Below are positions 1-9,282 of a DNA stretch of 64,000 nucleotides, piece by piece. The translations under genes were made by a program, and so were the position numbers. Source of the stretch: Candidatus Hydrogenedentota bacterium (GTDB lineage Bacteria > Hydrogenedentota > Hydrogenedentia > Hydrogenedentales > JAJRTN01); contig JAJRTN010000004.1 in assembly GCA_024278275.1 (NCBI GenBank), forward strand, positions 3,149 through 67,148. The letters are read 5' to 3'. Every line of letters begins with the position of its first letter. Positions within the stretch are counted from its first letter, which is position 1. The notes under the pieces are model-generated. The model saw only the letters and a list, made by a program, of their open reading frames with translations, made no database searches and was not told where the DNA came from.

Positions 1-1530
1 CTGCAGAATCCGCCGCGTGGTCTCCTGCGCGTGTTGTCCACCTCCCCGTGCATTGATGCGGGCACCGTTTCGGCAGACGTGACGGATGATTTTGACGACG
101 TGGCGCGACCCCGGGGAAGTGCCTACGACATGGGTCTTTTCGAGTTCGTGGACGCCGATGAAGACGGCATGGACGATACGTGGGAAGGTCAAAACGGCCT
201 CAACCCCGGCGACGCGGCCGATGCCGCATCGGACGGGGACTCGGACGGGCTGACGGCGCTGCAAGAGTACGAAACGGGATCGGATCCACGGGATGGCGCC
301 GACCCGGTTTCCACCTTCCACGTGGCCCCCGGAGGCGATGATGAACTCGGCGACGGCAGCGCGGAGAACCCGTGGCGCACCATTGCCTTCGCCGTGGCGC
401 AGGCCGCGGCGCAGGCCAGCGAAAGCCACCCGGTTACCGTGCAACTGGCCGCGGGCACCTACGAGGAAAAAGTGCTGCTCGACGACAATATCATCCTGCG
501 GGGCGCGGACGACGCCGATCCTTCCTTGACCGTCATTGGACCGCGCACGAATCAACTGGCCACGGACGACGTGGTGGTCGAGGCGGGCGATGAAACCATT
601 CTCCAGGATCTTACGGTAAGGCTCCCCCTGGACGCCCCGTCGAACGTCAAGCTCCTGAAGATCGCCAACGTGGCCCTGGTGGCGGAAAACGTGGTGCTTG
701 ACGGGCAGAACAACAGCGACTCCATCGGTGTGGATATCCTTGGACTGGGATCTTCGGATGCCGTGGTCCGCGCATCGCGCATCGAAAACGTGACCAACGG
801 GATCCGGGCGCGGGAATCGCGGGCCAACATCGCGGGCAACACCTTTTCCGACATCCGCTTCGACGCCATCTTTGTGCGCGAGCCTTCGCGCAAGCAAACC
901 GCCGACGCCACGCCGCTGCTGGGTGACGCCACGCGGGAAGACACGGGCGGAAACATCTTTGAAGGGGTGGGAGGGCTGTTCATCAACAACAACAACCCCA
1001 ACGAGGTGAAGGCCGAGGCCAACGACTGGGGTACGGATTTATACGACGACATCAAGACCAACATGAACGGCAACGTGGATTTCACACCCTTCCTGACAGG
1101 CAGTGCCGGCCTGCTTTCGGCGACCCTGGTAATCACCTTGGAAGAGGAAGGATCGGGAACGCGGATTACAAGCGGCACGGTCGCGCTCGATCTGGCCGGG
1201 CTGGAGCCCGTCGCGGAGAATGACAACGGCGTGTACCTCTTCCCCGGCGTGGCGCCCGGGGCCTATACCTTGACGGCAAGCGCCACGGGATACGGGGATG
1301 CCACAACCGCCGTGGCGCCGGCCTCCGGCCAAGTGCTCCAGGTGACCGTGGTTCTGACGCCCCATGCAGGTGAGGGCGAAGGCGAGGGGGAAGGGGAAGG
1401 CGAGGGGGAAGGCGGAACCGGCTGTGCGCCCGGCCACGCCGGTTCGGGCCCCCGTGGCGACATGGTCCTGCTTGTATTGCTGACGGCGGTCTTGCTAGTT
1501 TGGTCTCGACGGGAAAAACGTACAAACTAA
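1..1530 (+). CDS. Cell-surface beta-helix protein (5' partial): TSP3-like Ca-binding Asp repeats, right-handed beta-helix repeats, carboxypeptidase-regulatory-like beta-sandwich, (GE)7 linker, C-terminal TM anchor with basic tail
   Basis: Reading frame stays open to nt 1 in the same frame, so the start lies outside the window. DxDxDGxxD motifs (DADEDGMDDTWEGQNG, DGDSDGLTALQEYETGSD). Beta-helix-like NxTNG / GNxF repeats. GEGEGEGEGEGEGEG followed by MVLLVLLTAVLLVWSRREKRTN-stop. Confidence 0.6.
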   Translation: MQNPPRGLLRVLSTSPCIDAGTVSADVTDDFDDVARPRGSAYDMGLFEFVDADEDGMDDTWEGQNGLNPGDAADAASDGDSDGLTALQEYETGSDPRDGADPVSTFHVAPGGDDELGDGSAENPWRTIAFAVAQAAAQASESHPVTVQLAAGTYEEKVLLDDNIILRGADDADPSLTVIGPRTNQLATDDVVVEAGDETILQDLTVRLPLDAPSNVKLLKIANVALVAENVVLDGQNNSDSIGVDILGLGSSDAVVRASRIENVTNGIRARESRANIAGNTFSDIRFDAIFVREPSRKQTADATPLLGDATREDTGGNIFEGVGGLFINNNNPNEVKAEANDWGTDLYDDIKTNMNGNVDFTPFLTGSAGLLSATLVITLEEEGSGTRITSGTVALDLAGLEPVAENDNGVYLFPGVAPGAYTLTASATGYGDATTAVAPASGQVLQVTVVLTPHAGEGEGEGEGEGEGEGGTGCAPGHAGSGPRGDMVLLVLLTAVLLVWSRREKRTN

Positions 1531-1812
1531 TCCCCATGCAGCCACTATATTGCATTTATATGAAGCGCCAAAGGCGCAGATTCATACCGGCGGTGCGGGG
1601 TTAGGTTGAATGGAGCGGGCTTTCGATTTTTCATGCTTTGCATGCGTTCTCCCGGGGCGTTGCCCCAGGCCGGTATGCTTGTGCCTTTGGCGCGCGGGAC
1701 GCTGCTTGTACCGTGATCCGACACCCCCCATCCGTCTTTTCCCGGCATCACACCCGGCCAGGAAGACATTTGGTCCGAATGAAGCGATGTTGTTGAAGTC
1801 AATCTAATCCCC

Positions 1813-3633
1813 GTGCAGGAGAGCCGTATGTCCAAAGCCAAAACATTACCCGAGAGAAGTGAAGTCCGGCCGGAAGACACTTGGGATCTGACCAAGGTGT
1901 TCAAGACGGACACCGCTTGGGAACGGGCCTACCGGAAGCTGGAGAAAATGGTCGGCGGTTTCGCCCGGTTCCACGGCAAGCTGGGCCGTTCGGCAAAAAC
2001 TATCCGGGCGTGCTGTGATTTCGAGACGGAACTGGACAAACTCGCGGAGAAGCTGGGGGTCTACGCCTACCTGAAATCGTCGGAAGACGTGACCAACAGC
2101 ACCTACCAGGGCATGGTGGCACGCTACACACACCTGGCCACCAAGGCCGGCGAGGCGGCGAGCTTCATCGCCCCCGAGCTCCAGGCCATCCCCAGGCGCA
2201 AGATGGCGACCTACCTCAAGAATCCCATACTCGCGCCCTATCGCTTCAACCTGGAGAAACTGCTCCGTTACCGGCCCCATATTCTTTCCGAGAATGAAGA
2301 GCGCCTGCTGGCCATGCAGGGCGAGGTGGCGGGCACGGCCTCGCGGATCTTCGGGCAACTCAACGACGCGGACATGAAGTTCGGCAAAGTCAAGAACGAG
2401 CGCGGCGAGGAAATGGAACTGACCCAAAGCTCTTTCCGCGTGTTCCTGGAATCACCGAAGCGCGCCGTGCGGAAGAAGGCCTTCCACCAGTACTACGCCG
2501 AGTACGAGGACCATGCCAACACCCTGGCCGCGGCCATGAGTGCTTCCGTTTTGCAGGATGTGTACATCGCCCGCGCCAGAAACTACCCTTCGGCCCTGGA
2601 AGCCGCTATTTTTTCCGACAATGTTCCCGTGACGGTCTACGACAGCCTTATCGACGCCGTCCACGATCACCTGGATACCATGTACCACTACCTGGAGGTC
2701 CGCAAGCGCGCCATGCGGCTTAAAGACCTGCACATGTACGATACTTACGCGCCCATTGTGAAATCCGCCCCGGTTAACATCCCCTACGAAGAAGCGGTGG
2801 AGACCGTTTGTGCGGCCGTGTAACCCCTGGGCGGCTCTTACGTCAACGTGCTGCGGAGAGGGCTGCTGGAAGCGCGATGGGTGGATCGTTACGAGAACCA
2901 GGGCAAGCGGAGCGGCGCATTCTCCTACGGCGCCTACGGCACGCCGCCCTACATCCTGATGAATTACCAGGCGGATGTTATCGACAGCATGTTCACCCTC
3001 GCCCACGAGGGCGGACACTCCATGCACTCCCACTACAGCACGACGCGCCAGCCCTACCAGGACAGCCACTACACCATCTTTGTGGCCGAGGTGGCGTCCA
3101 CCTTCAACGAACAACTCCTGGGCAAGCACCTTCTCGACCGGGCGACAGGCAGAAAAGAGCGGGCCCGCCTTATCAACCGTGAGATCGAAGAGATTCGCGG
3201 CACCATTGTTCGCCAGACCATGTTCGCCGAGTTCGAGAAAATCATCCACGCCATTGCCGAAGAGGGCGAAGCGCTCACGCTGGAACGACTGCGCGCCGAA
3301 TACCGGAAATTGCTCGAACGCTACTTCGGTCCCGGATTCGTCATCGACGAAGCGTTGGACCTGGAAGGGCTCCGCATTCCCCATTTCTACCGCGCCTTCT
3401 ATGTCTACAAGTACGCCACCGGTCTTTCCGCGTCCATCGCCCTGGCACGGGCCGTGATGGACGGCGGCAAGAAGGAACGGGAGCGCTACCTGCGTTTCCT
3501 CGCCAGCGGCGGCTCCAAGTTTCCCCTTGATCAACTTAAGGAGGCCGGCGTGGACCTTCGGAAGCCCGCGCCCGTCGCCCAAGCCATGACGCGCTTCAGG
3601 GAACTGGTCGAGGAGTTGGACACACTGGTATAG
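1813..3633 (+). pseudogene. pepF: Oligoendopeptidase F (M3B, PepF-like) interrupted by an in-frame TAA at 2821-2823
   Basis: ORFs 1813-2823 and 2848-3633 are in the same frame ((2848-1813) is divisible by 3). The downstream part carries the HEGGHSMHS zinc motif (HExxH). Combined length is about 600 aa, typical for PepF. Translation across the stop (PLGGSYVNVLRRGLLEARW) still looks protein-like. Confidence 0.75.
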
Positions 3634-3649
3634 AACCGGGAATATATCG

Positions 3650-5362
3650 ATGGAACCATGCTCAAGACGCGACTTTCTAAAACAAACGGGCCTGGGCGCG
3701 GCCATGCTGGCGGCGGGCACGGCGGTAACAGCGGCGGCGAAAACCGCCAGGCCCAACATCGTCCTCTTCTACTTCGACGACCTCGACTTCGACGAGCTTG
3801 GCGTCTATGATCCCCTTGCCTTCCCAACCTATTCGGGGGCGCGGGAAAAGGGGCTGTTCCGGGAAGACATGAATCCCTGGCTCGCCTACCTCGATTCGCC
3901 CGCCATCCACACGCCCACCATCGACGGCCTGGCGCAGGACGGTGCGCGCTTTGATCACTTCTACGTGACCTCCACCATCTGCTCCCCCAGCCGCTACGCC
4001 CTGCTCACGGGCCGATACGCCAGCCGCAGCGACGGCGTGTGCCGTGATTTCCCGCCGGGCGGTCCGGCCAACGTGGTCCAGAACGCCCACCTGGGCCCCG
4101 GGGAAAGCAACATCGCCAAACGTCTCAAGGCCCAAGGCTACGCCACGGGCATGGTGGGCAAATGGCACAACTCCGATTGGGACGGCCCCCATGGCGGACG
4201 CGTGAAGGGCGTCGCACCCGACGCCGACCCGCGTGATCCGAAGGTGGCCGCGGCCATTCGCGAGGTCTACGATCGGGGCGTGAATTATATTCGTGAACGC
4301 CTGGGCTTCGATTACGTGTCGCGGGTTTACCTGCAGAACAAGGAAGCCCTGGGCATTCCCAGGGCGCTGCAAGTTCATAACCTGGAGTGGCTGGTGGAAG
4401 GGGCGCTGGAGTTCATTGACGCTCACCACGAGGCGCCTTTCTTCCTCTACTTCGCCAGCACCACGCCCCACGGCTGGGTCGGTTCCGCCGACTTCCTGAA
4501 GGCCGACCCGTGCGCCACGCCGGCGGGCATGCTCGACACCCCCCCCAAGGGCATGCCGCCCCGGGAAGATACGGCCCGTCGTGCCCGCGCCGCCGGGGTC
4601 AAAGGACGCCTCGTGGAGGCCACCTGGTTCGATGACGCCGTCGCCGCCGTACTCGGGCGCATCGAGAAACTCGGCCTGGCGGAGAACACGCTGGTCCTCT
4701 TCATCAGCGACCATCAGAACCGGGGCAAGCGGACCCTCTACGAAGCGGCGCGGGTTCCCGCCCTGGCACGCTGGCCGAAACGCATCGCGCCGGGACAAAC
4801 CATCGGCAGCCTCTGTGCCAATATCGATGTGGCGCCCACGTTGCTCGATGCCTGCGGCGCGCCCACCCCGGCGGGCGCGGACATGGACGGCCGGAGCTTT
4901 CTGCCCCTGCTGACCGGGCGGGGGGATAGCGTTCCCTGGCGTGAATCGCTCCTTCTCGAAGTGGCCTACGCCCGCGCGGTGGTCACGAAGGACTGGAAAT
5001 ACATCGCCCTGCGCTACCCGCCGAAACTCCGCGAGGCCATCGGGCAGGCTGAGCCGAAGACCTACGCTTGGGACGGCACGGCGAAGCGCGTCACCGCGGG
5101 CAACCGCTGGAACAAGAAGGGCGCGGTCTACATCCCCTACGGCGCCAACAAGGACTTTCCGGGCTACTTTGATCCGGACCAGCTATATGACCTCAAGCAT
5201 GATCCCTACGAGCAGAAGAACCTTGCCGAGGACCCGGCCTGCGCGGAACGGCTGGCGGAGATGAAGGCCCTGCTTTCGCGCCACCTGCAGGACCTCTCCC
5301 ACACCTTCGGCGAGTTCACGCGGGGTGACGGCCATGGAGAAACCAGAATGAGGGGAAAGTGA
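3650..5362 (+). CDS. Tat-exported formylglycine-dependent sulfatase (arylsulfatase family)
   Basis: N-terminal twin-arginine signal SRRDFLKQTGLGAAMLAAG. Sulfatase signature CSPSRYALLTGRY (C-x-P-x-R). 570 aa. Confidence 0.85.
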   Translation: MEPCSRRDFLKQTGLGAAMLAAGTAVTAAAKTARPNIVLFYFDDLDFDELGVYDPLAFPTYSGAREKGLFREDMNPWLAYLDSPAIHTPTIDGLAQDGARFDHFYVTSTICSPSRYALLTGRYASRSDGVCRDFPPGGPANVVQNAHLGPGESNIAKRLKAQGYATGMVGKWHNSDWDGPHGGRVKGVAPDADPRDPKVAAAIREVYDRGVNYIRERLGFDYVSRVYLQNKEALGIPRALQVHNLEWLVEGALEFIDAHHEAPFFLYFASTTPHGWVGSADFLKADPCATPAGMLDTPPKGMPPREDTARRARAAGVKGRLVEATWFDDAVAAVLGRIEKLGLAENTLVLFISDHQNRGKRTLYEAARVPALARWPKRIAPGQTIGSLCANIDVAPTLLDACGAPTPAGADMDGRSFLPLLTGRGDSVPWRESLLLEVAYARAVVTKDWKYIALRYPPKLREAIGQAEPKTYAWDGTAKRVTAGNRWNKKGAVYIPYGANKDFPGYFDPDQLYDLKHDPYEQKNLAEDPACAERLAEMKALLSRHLQDLSHTFGEFTRGDGHGETRMRGK

Positions 5363-5500
5363 CGCCGGGTTCCCTTCTTACGTGGCACAACCGCCCCCTG
5401 TGGGCCGTACTCGGCCCGAACCGGGGGCTGTGGAGACCGGCAGGGCTTCAATCGGTTCTCATGCCCCGGCTTCCAGGTGGCTGACCATTGTCGCTTCCCC

Positions 5501-6070
5501 CTATGGTGCGCTGCTCGACGCGATGTCGATGAGTGCCAGCAGTTCCCGGACCACCTCCCGTTTATCGGCGTCGGCCTGGTAAAGGGCGCCCACCTTTTGG
5601 CGCGCGGCGCCCACGTCGCCACAGGCCTTCCCGCGCGACAGGAGCTCGCGGCACAAGGCGGGCATGGGCCCCCAGTTGCCGCACTCGACGAACCGGTCGC
5701 TGAGAAAAACGAACTTTGGGATGGCTTCGCCGCCGTTGGTGAGAAAACGGGCAAACACGTCCGGGTGTTGCCCCCGCTCGATGAAACGCACCTGGAGCTT
5801 GGGGGCCGCGTCGGCCAGGCGTTGCAACACGGGAACATGGCGCACCACGTCGCCACACCAATCCTCGGCGATGGCCACGACATGCACGGTTCGCGGCAAC
5901 GCGGCCAGCAGGGCCTCCTCGTGCGGTTCCAGGCGCTGGGCGGCCCGCTGTTCTTCCATGGCCTTCGCGTTATCGGGCGCTCCCGCATCCCCTATCCATT
6001 TGTCATAGGTTTTTCCGGACGTGAAAACCTCGGGCCAGTCAATGAGCGGTAGAATGGGGGGCTGGGGCAT
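5501..6070 (-). CDS. Thioredoxin-fold protein with a single-Cys WCGD motif
   Basis: Motif HVVAIAEDWCGDVVRHVP in a thioredoxin-like context. Convergent with the sulfatase gene. The opposite-strand ORF 5477-6052 looks like a GC-rich shadow. Confidence 0.5.
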   Translation of the reverse strand: MPQPPILPLIDWPEVFTSGKTYDKWIGDAGAPDNAKAMEEQRAAQRLEPHEEALLAALPRTVHVVAIAEDWCGDVVRHVPVLQRLADAAPKLQVRFIERGQHPDVFARFLTNGGEAIPKFVFLSDRFVECGNWGPMPALCRELLSRGKACGDVGAARQKVGALYQADADKREVVRELLALIDIASSSAP

Positions 6071-6265
6071 CTTCGGGCATCTCCTTGCGGTAACGGATCA
6101 CGGACAATTCCAAGCCCCGGAAGTGTAACGGCCGGCGACCCGAAACGCCAATTGCCTGATCAGGCACGTATCGCTCGGGGGAGGGAAATGCCTGGGTCCG
6201 CTTGATTGCCCCCGACGGTTTGACCTGTCATCCGGTCTGCGCTACGATGCCCTGGTCGATCAGCC

Positions 6266-7345
6266 ATGAAAGGACCGTGGGTGCGAACAATTCTGGTAAC
6301 AGGCGGCGCGGGCTTTGTCGGGTCGCGGTTGGCCATGGGACTCAAGGCCGCGCGGGAAGGTACGCGCGTCATCGCGCTGGACAATCTGCGGCGCCGGGGC
6401 TCGGAGTTGAACGTGCCCCGATTGGCCGCGTCGGGCGTCGAGTTCGTCCATGGCGACGTACGCCAGGCCGCCGACCTGGAGACCCTCGGGCCGGTGGATT
6501 GCATTCTCGAATGCAGCGCGGAACCGTCGGTGCTGGCGGGTTATGGCGAATCGCCGTGCTATGTTCTCGACACCAACCTGGTGGGCGCCGTCAATTGCCT
6601 CGAGGTGGCGCGGCGCCACGGCGCGGGCTTCATCTTCCTCTCCACGAGCCGCGTCTACCCCATTGAAGGTCTGCGCAACCTGCCTTACCGGGAAGGCGAG
6701 ACCCGTTTCGAGCTTATCGGCGAGGGGACGGCGCCCGGTGTTTCGCCGGCGGGAATCACCGAGGACTTCCCCCTCGCGGGCGCGCGGTCCATGTACGGCG
6801 CGTCCAAGCTCTGTGCCGAGTTGCTCCTGGCGGAATACCAGGCCATGTATGGCCTGCGCGGCCTGGTGAACCGGTGCGGCGTGATCACGGGACCGTGGCA
6901 GATGGGCAAGGTGGACCAGGGCGTGGTGGTGTTGTGGGCGGCACGGCATGCCTTTGGCGGCACGCTACGGTACATTGGCCATGGCGGTACGGGAAAGCAG
7001 GTGCGCGACCTCTTGCACGTGGACGACCTGCTCGATCTCATCCTGTACCAACTGGATCACCTGGATGCCCTGTCCGGACGGGTCTTCAACGTGGGCGGCG
7101 GACACGAGGTAAGCACGTCCTTGTGCGAGCTCACCGCCCTTTGCGTCCGGCTTACGGGAAATGCCATCCCCATCACCGCGCAAGCGGCCACCCGTGACGC
7201 GGACATACCGGTGTATATTACGGATCATGGCCGGGTAAGCGAAGCCACGGGCTGGCGTCCGCGCCGTGGTGTCGAGGAAACGGTGACCGACATTTGCCGC
7301 TGGTTGCGCGACCATGAAGCGGCGTTACGTCCCGTGTTGGGATGA
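6266..7345 (+). CDS. NAD-dependent epimerase/dehydratase (SDR extended family, CDP-paratose/UDP-sugar epimerase-like)
   Basis: Rossmann motif ILVTGGAGFVGSRL. Catalytic YGASK (YxxxK). 359 aa. Confidence 0.8.
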   Translation: MKGPWVRTILVTGGAGFVGSRLAMGLKAAREGTRVIALDNLRRRGSELNVPRLAASGVEFVHGDVRQAADLETLGPVDCILECSAEPSVLAGYGESPCYVLDTNLVGAVNCLEVARRHGAGFIFLSTSRVYPIEGLRNLPYREGETRFELIGEGTAPGVSPAGITEDFPLAGARSMYGASKLCAELLLAEYQAMYGLRGLVNRCGVITGPWQMGKVDQGVVVLWAARHAFGGTLRYIGHGGTGKQVRDLLHVDDLLDLILYQLDHLDALSGRVFNVGGGHEVSTSLCELTALCVRLTGNAIPITAQAATRDADIPVYITDHGRVSEATGWRPRRGVEETVTDICRWLRDHEAALRPVLG

Positions 7346-7361
7346 TAAGGAGACACCTGTC

Positions 7362-8201
7362 ATGTCCGGCAAGACACTTGTTGCGCTGACCCTCTTACTG
7401 CCGGCCGCTTTTCAGGGCGGCGCCATTGCGAAGGAACAAGCCATGTGGAACGCGAAGACCATTCCCGAGAAAACGGTGGTGCTGAGCTTTGACGATGCGG
7501 TGCGGTCTCATGTCGAGTTCGTCGGGCCGCTGCTCAAGCGGTACGGGTTCGGCGCCACCTTCTTCGTCTGTCACCTGTGGATGGACGACCAGGACAACTT
7601 CATGAACTGGAAGGACATCCGAAAGCTGCACGACATGGGCTTCGAAATCGGCAACCACACCTGGTCCCATGGCGGATTCAACACGCCGGAATCCGCGAAG
7701 CTGTTGCCCGAGGAACTGGACAAGGTGGACCGTGCCCTCGCGAAAGTGGGCGTGCCCAAACCGATCAGCTTTGCCTGGCCCGGCAACGGCTTCGGCCCCG
7801 AAGCGCTGGAAGTGGTCCGCGCCCACGGCTTCCGCTTTGCCCGGCGCGGCATGCAGCCGGAGCTGCCCTACGGCGAGATTCACCTGGGACCGCTCTACGA
7901 GCCCAGGCGTTATGATCCGCTCCTCATTCCCACCTCGGGCGATGCCTACCCCCAGTGGACCCTCGAACATTTCAAAAAACTCGTGGATCAGGCGGTGGAA
8001 GGCAAGGCGGTCATCGTTCAATTTCACGGCGTGCCCGACACGGCACACCCCTGGGTTCACACGCCACCGGAGATGTTCAAGCAATACATGGCCTATCTCA
8101 AAGAGGGAGGCTTCAACGTCATTGCCCTTCGCGACCTGGAACCTTACATCGACCGGACGCAAGACATCGACGATCCCACCGTAAAGCTTCGTTATCCATA
8201 G
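7362..8201 (+). CDS. Secreted polysaccharide deacetylase (NodB homology domain)
   Basis: AAGGAG RBS 8 nt upstream of ATG 7362. Signal peptide MSGKTLVALTLLLPAAF. Motifs VVLSFDDAVRSH and HTWSH typical of NodB-type deacetylases. Confidence 0.75.
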   Translation: MSGKTLVALTLLLPAAFQGGAIAKEQAMWNAKTIPEKTVVLSFDDAVRSHVEFVGPLLKRYGFGATFFVCHLWMDDQDNFMNWKDIRKLHDMGFEIGNHTWSHGGFNTPESAKLLPEELDKVDRALAKVGVPKPISFAWPGNGFGPEALEVVRAHGFRFARRGMQPELPYGEIHLGPLYEPRRYDPLLIPTSGDAYPQWTLEHFKKLVDQAVEGKAVIVQFHGVPDTAHPWVHTPPEMFKQYMAYLKEGGFNVIALRDLEPYIDRTQDIDDPTVKLRYP

Positions 8202-8293
8202 GGGATGAACCCATGTCCCCGTTCCCATGCGCCCCATGAGAGTACACAGGGCGTGATACGGATTCCTGGTCCCGGAAGAACCGACCGAAAAAC

Positions 8294-8353
8294 GTAGGGT
8301 GGGCCGTGGCCCACCATGGCCTCAACCGGCAGGCCCGAAGGCGGGAATCCACG
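8294..8353. repeat. REP-like composite palindromic element copy: GTAGGGTGGGCCGTGGCCCACCATGGCC hairpin plus CCCGAAGGCGGGAATCCACG unit
   Basis: Near-identical to the 5' end of the element at 61245 (gtagggtgggccttggccaccatgcccc). Contains the GGTGGGCC..GGCCCACC inverted repeat. Sits between convergent genes. Confidence 0.6.
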
Positions 8354-8472
8354 AAAAAAGGCCGCCGGGATCGGGGAGGGGCGGAACGTTTCGTTCCTGA
8401 CGCCAAGGGGAATCGATCCGCAGATTATTCCGCACACGTTTCCAGGCGTGCCATGACTTCGTGTGGCCGTCT

Positions 8473-9180
8473 TCAGCGAGCCGCCGTACAGTCGCCCTGG
8501 GCTTGCCAGGATGCGTTGCAGGCCTTGGATTCCGGCAGGGCGGCCAACGCGGCGATGGCGTCCTGCAGGTCCTCGACGCTTCGGGGGAGGCGTGCTTCCG
8601 GGGGAAGGATGAAGGGCTGCCCTTGTTGCCGCCGGAGCGCATCCAGGGCCTGGTGGAGTTCCCGGTGGCGGCGGCAGAGTTCTTCAACATCTTTCACGAC
8701 GCGCTTCACCTGTTTCCACAGGACGAAAAAACGCCGGACCCGTTCGGCTATTTGCATGGAGAGTTGCGCCAAATCCTCGGTGTAGCGCTGGGCAAGGGCC
8801 TCCTCGGCCTGGCGGGAGAGGGCCTCGTGGCACGCATCCATCTCCGCCAAGGCTTCCGCAATGTGATTCCGCTCGGCGATCAATGCCTGGTGCCGTAGCT
8901 GGTCCGCCAGCCGTTCTTCCCGGCCGTAAGGCGTCGCGCCACGAAGGTCAAGTTCAAGCCGCCGCGCCACGTCGGCCTCGTGCGCCGCAATGTGTTTATC
9001 CACGCCGGACGCGTTGCTTTCGAGGAGCATGCGTTTTGCGACCATGCGGGCCGCCTCGTTCTTGATGGCGTGCAGCTTGTCAAGCGGTGCGTTTTTGGGC
9101 GTCGCGGACGCAGGTGACATCGGGTCATTCTCCCTCGCGGTTTTGCCGGAAGGCCGTTCCGCGCGGCCGTCCGTGAACAT
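8473..9180 (-). CDS. Hypothetical coiled-coil protein
   Basis: Long Ala/Arg/Glu/Leu-rich heptad-like ORF with no recognisable catalytic motif. The true start may be the internal MSPASATPKN. Confidence 0.35.
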   Translation of the reverse strand: MFTDGRAERPSGKTARENDPMSPASATPKNAPLDKLHAIKNEAARMVAKRMLLESNASGVDKHIAAHEADVARRLELDLRGATPYGREERLADQLRHQALIAERNHIAEALAEMDACHEALSRQAEEALAQRYTEDLAQLSMQIAERVRRFFVLWKQVKRVVKDVEELCRRHRELHQALDALRRQQGQPFILPPEARLPRSVEDLQDAIAALAALPESKACNASWQAQGDCTAAR

Positions 9181-9282
9181 GCCCCGCCCTTTCCAAGGGG
9201 TTTGTAGCAGGCGACGGTGGCTTTGTCAAGAAGAAAATGATGGTATCGGCATTTTTTTTGCATGATACCCGTGGGGATGGCG

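Noticed and set aside
1375-1425. GAGGGCGAAGGCGAGGGGGAAGGGGAAGGCGAGGGGGAAGGC tandem repeat.
   Set aside because: It encodes the in-frame (GE)7 linker of the surface protein; it is not a CRISPR array or noncoding microsatellite.
5477-6052. 191-aa plus-strand ORF overlapping the thioredoxin-like gene.
   Set aside because: No motifs and a His/Gly/Arg-rich composition. The minus-strand frame has a thioredoxin-like WCGD context and sensible convergent arrangement with the sulfatase gene.
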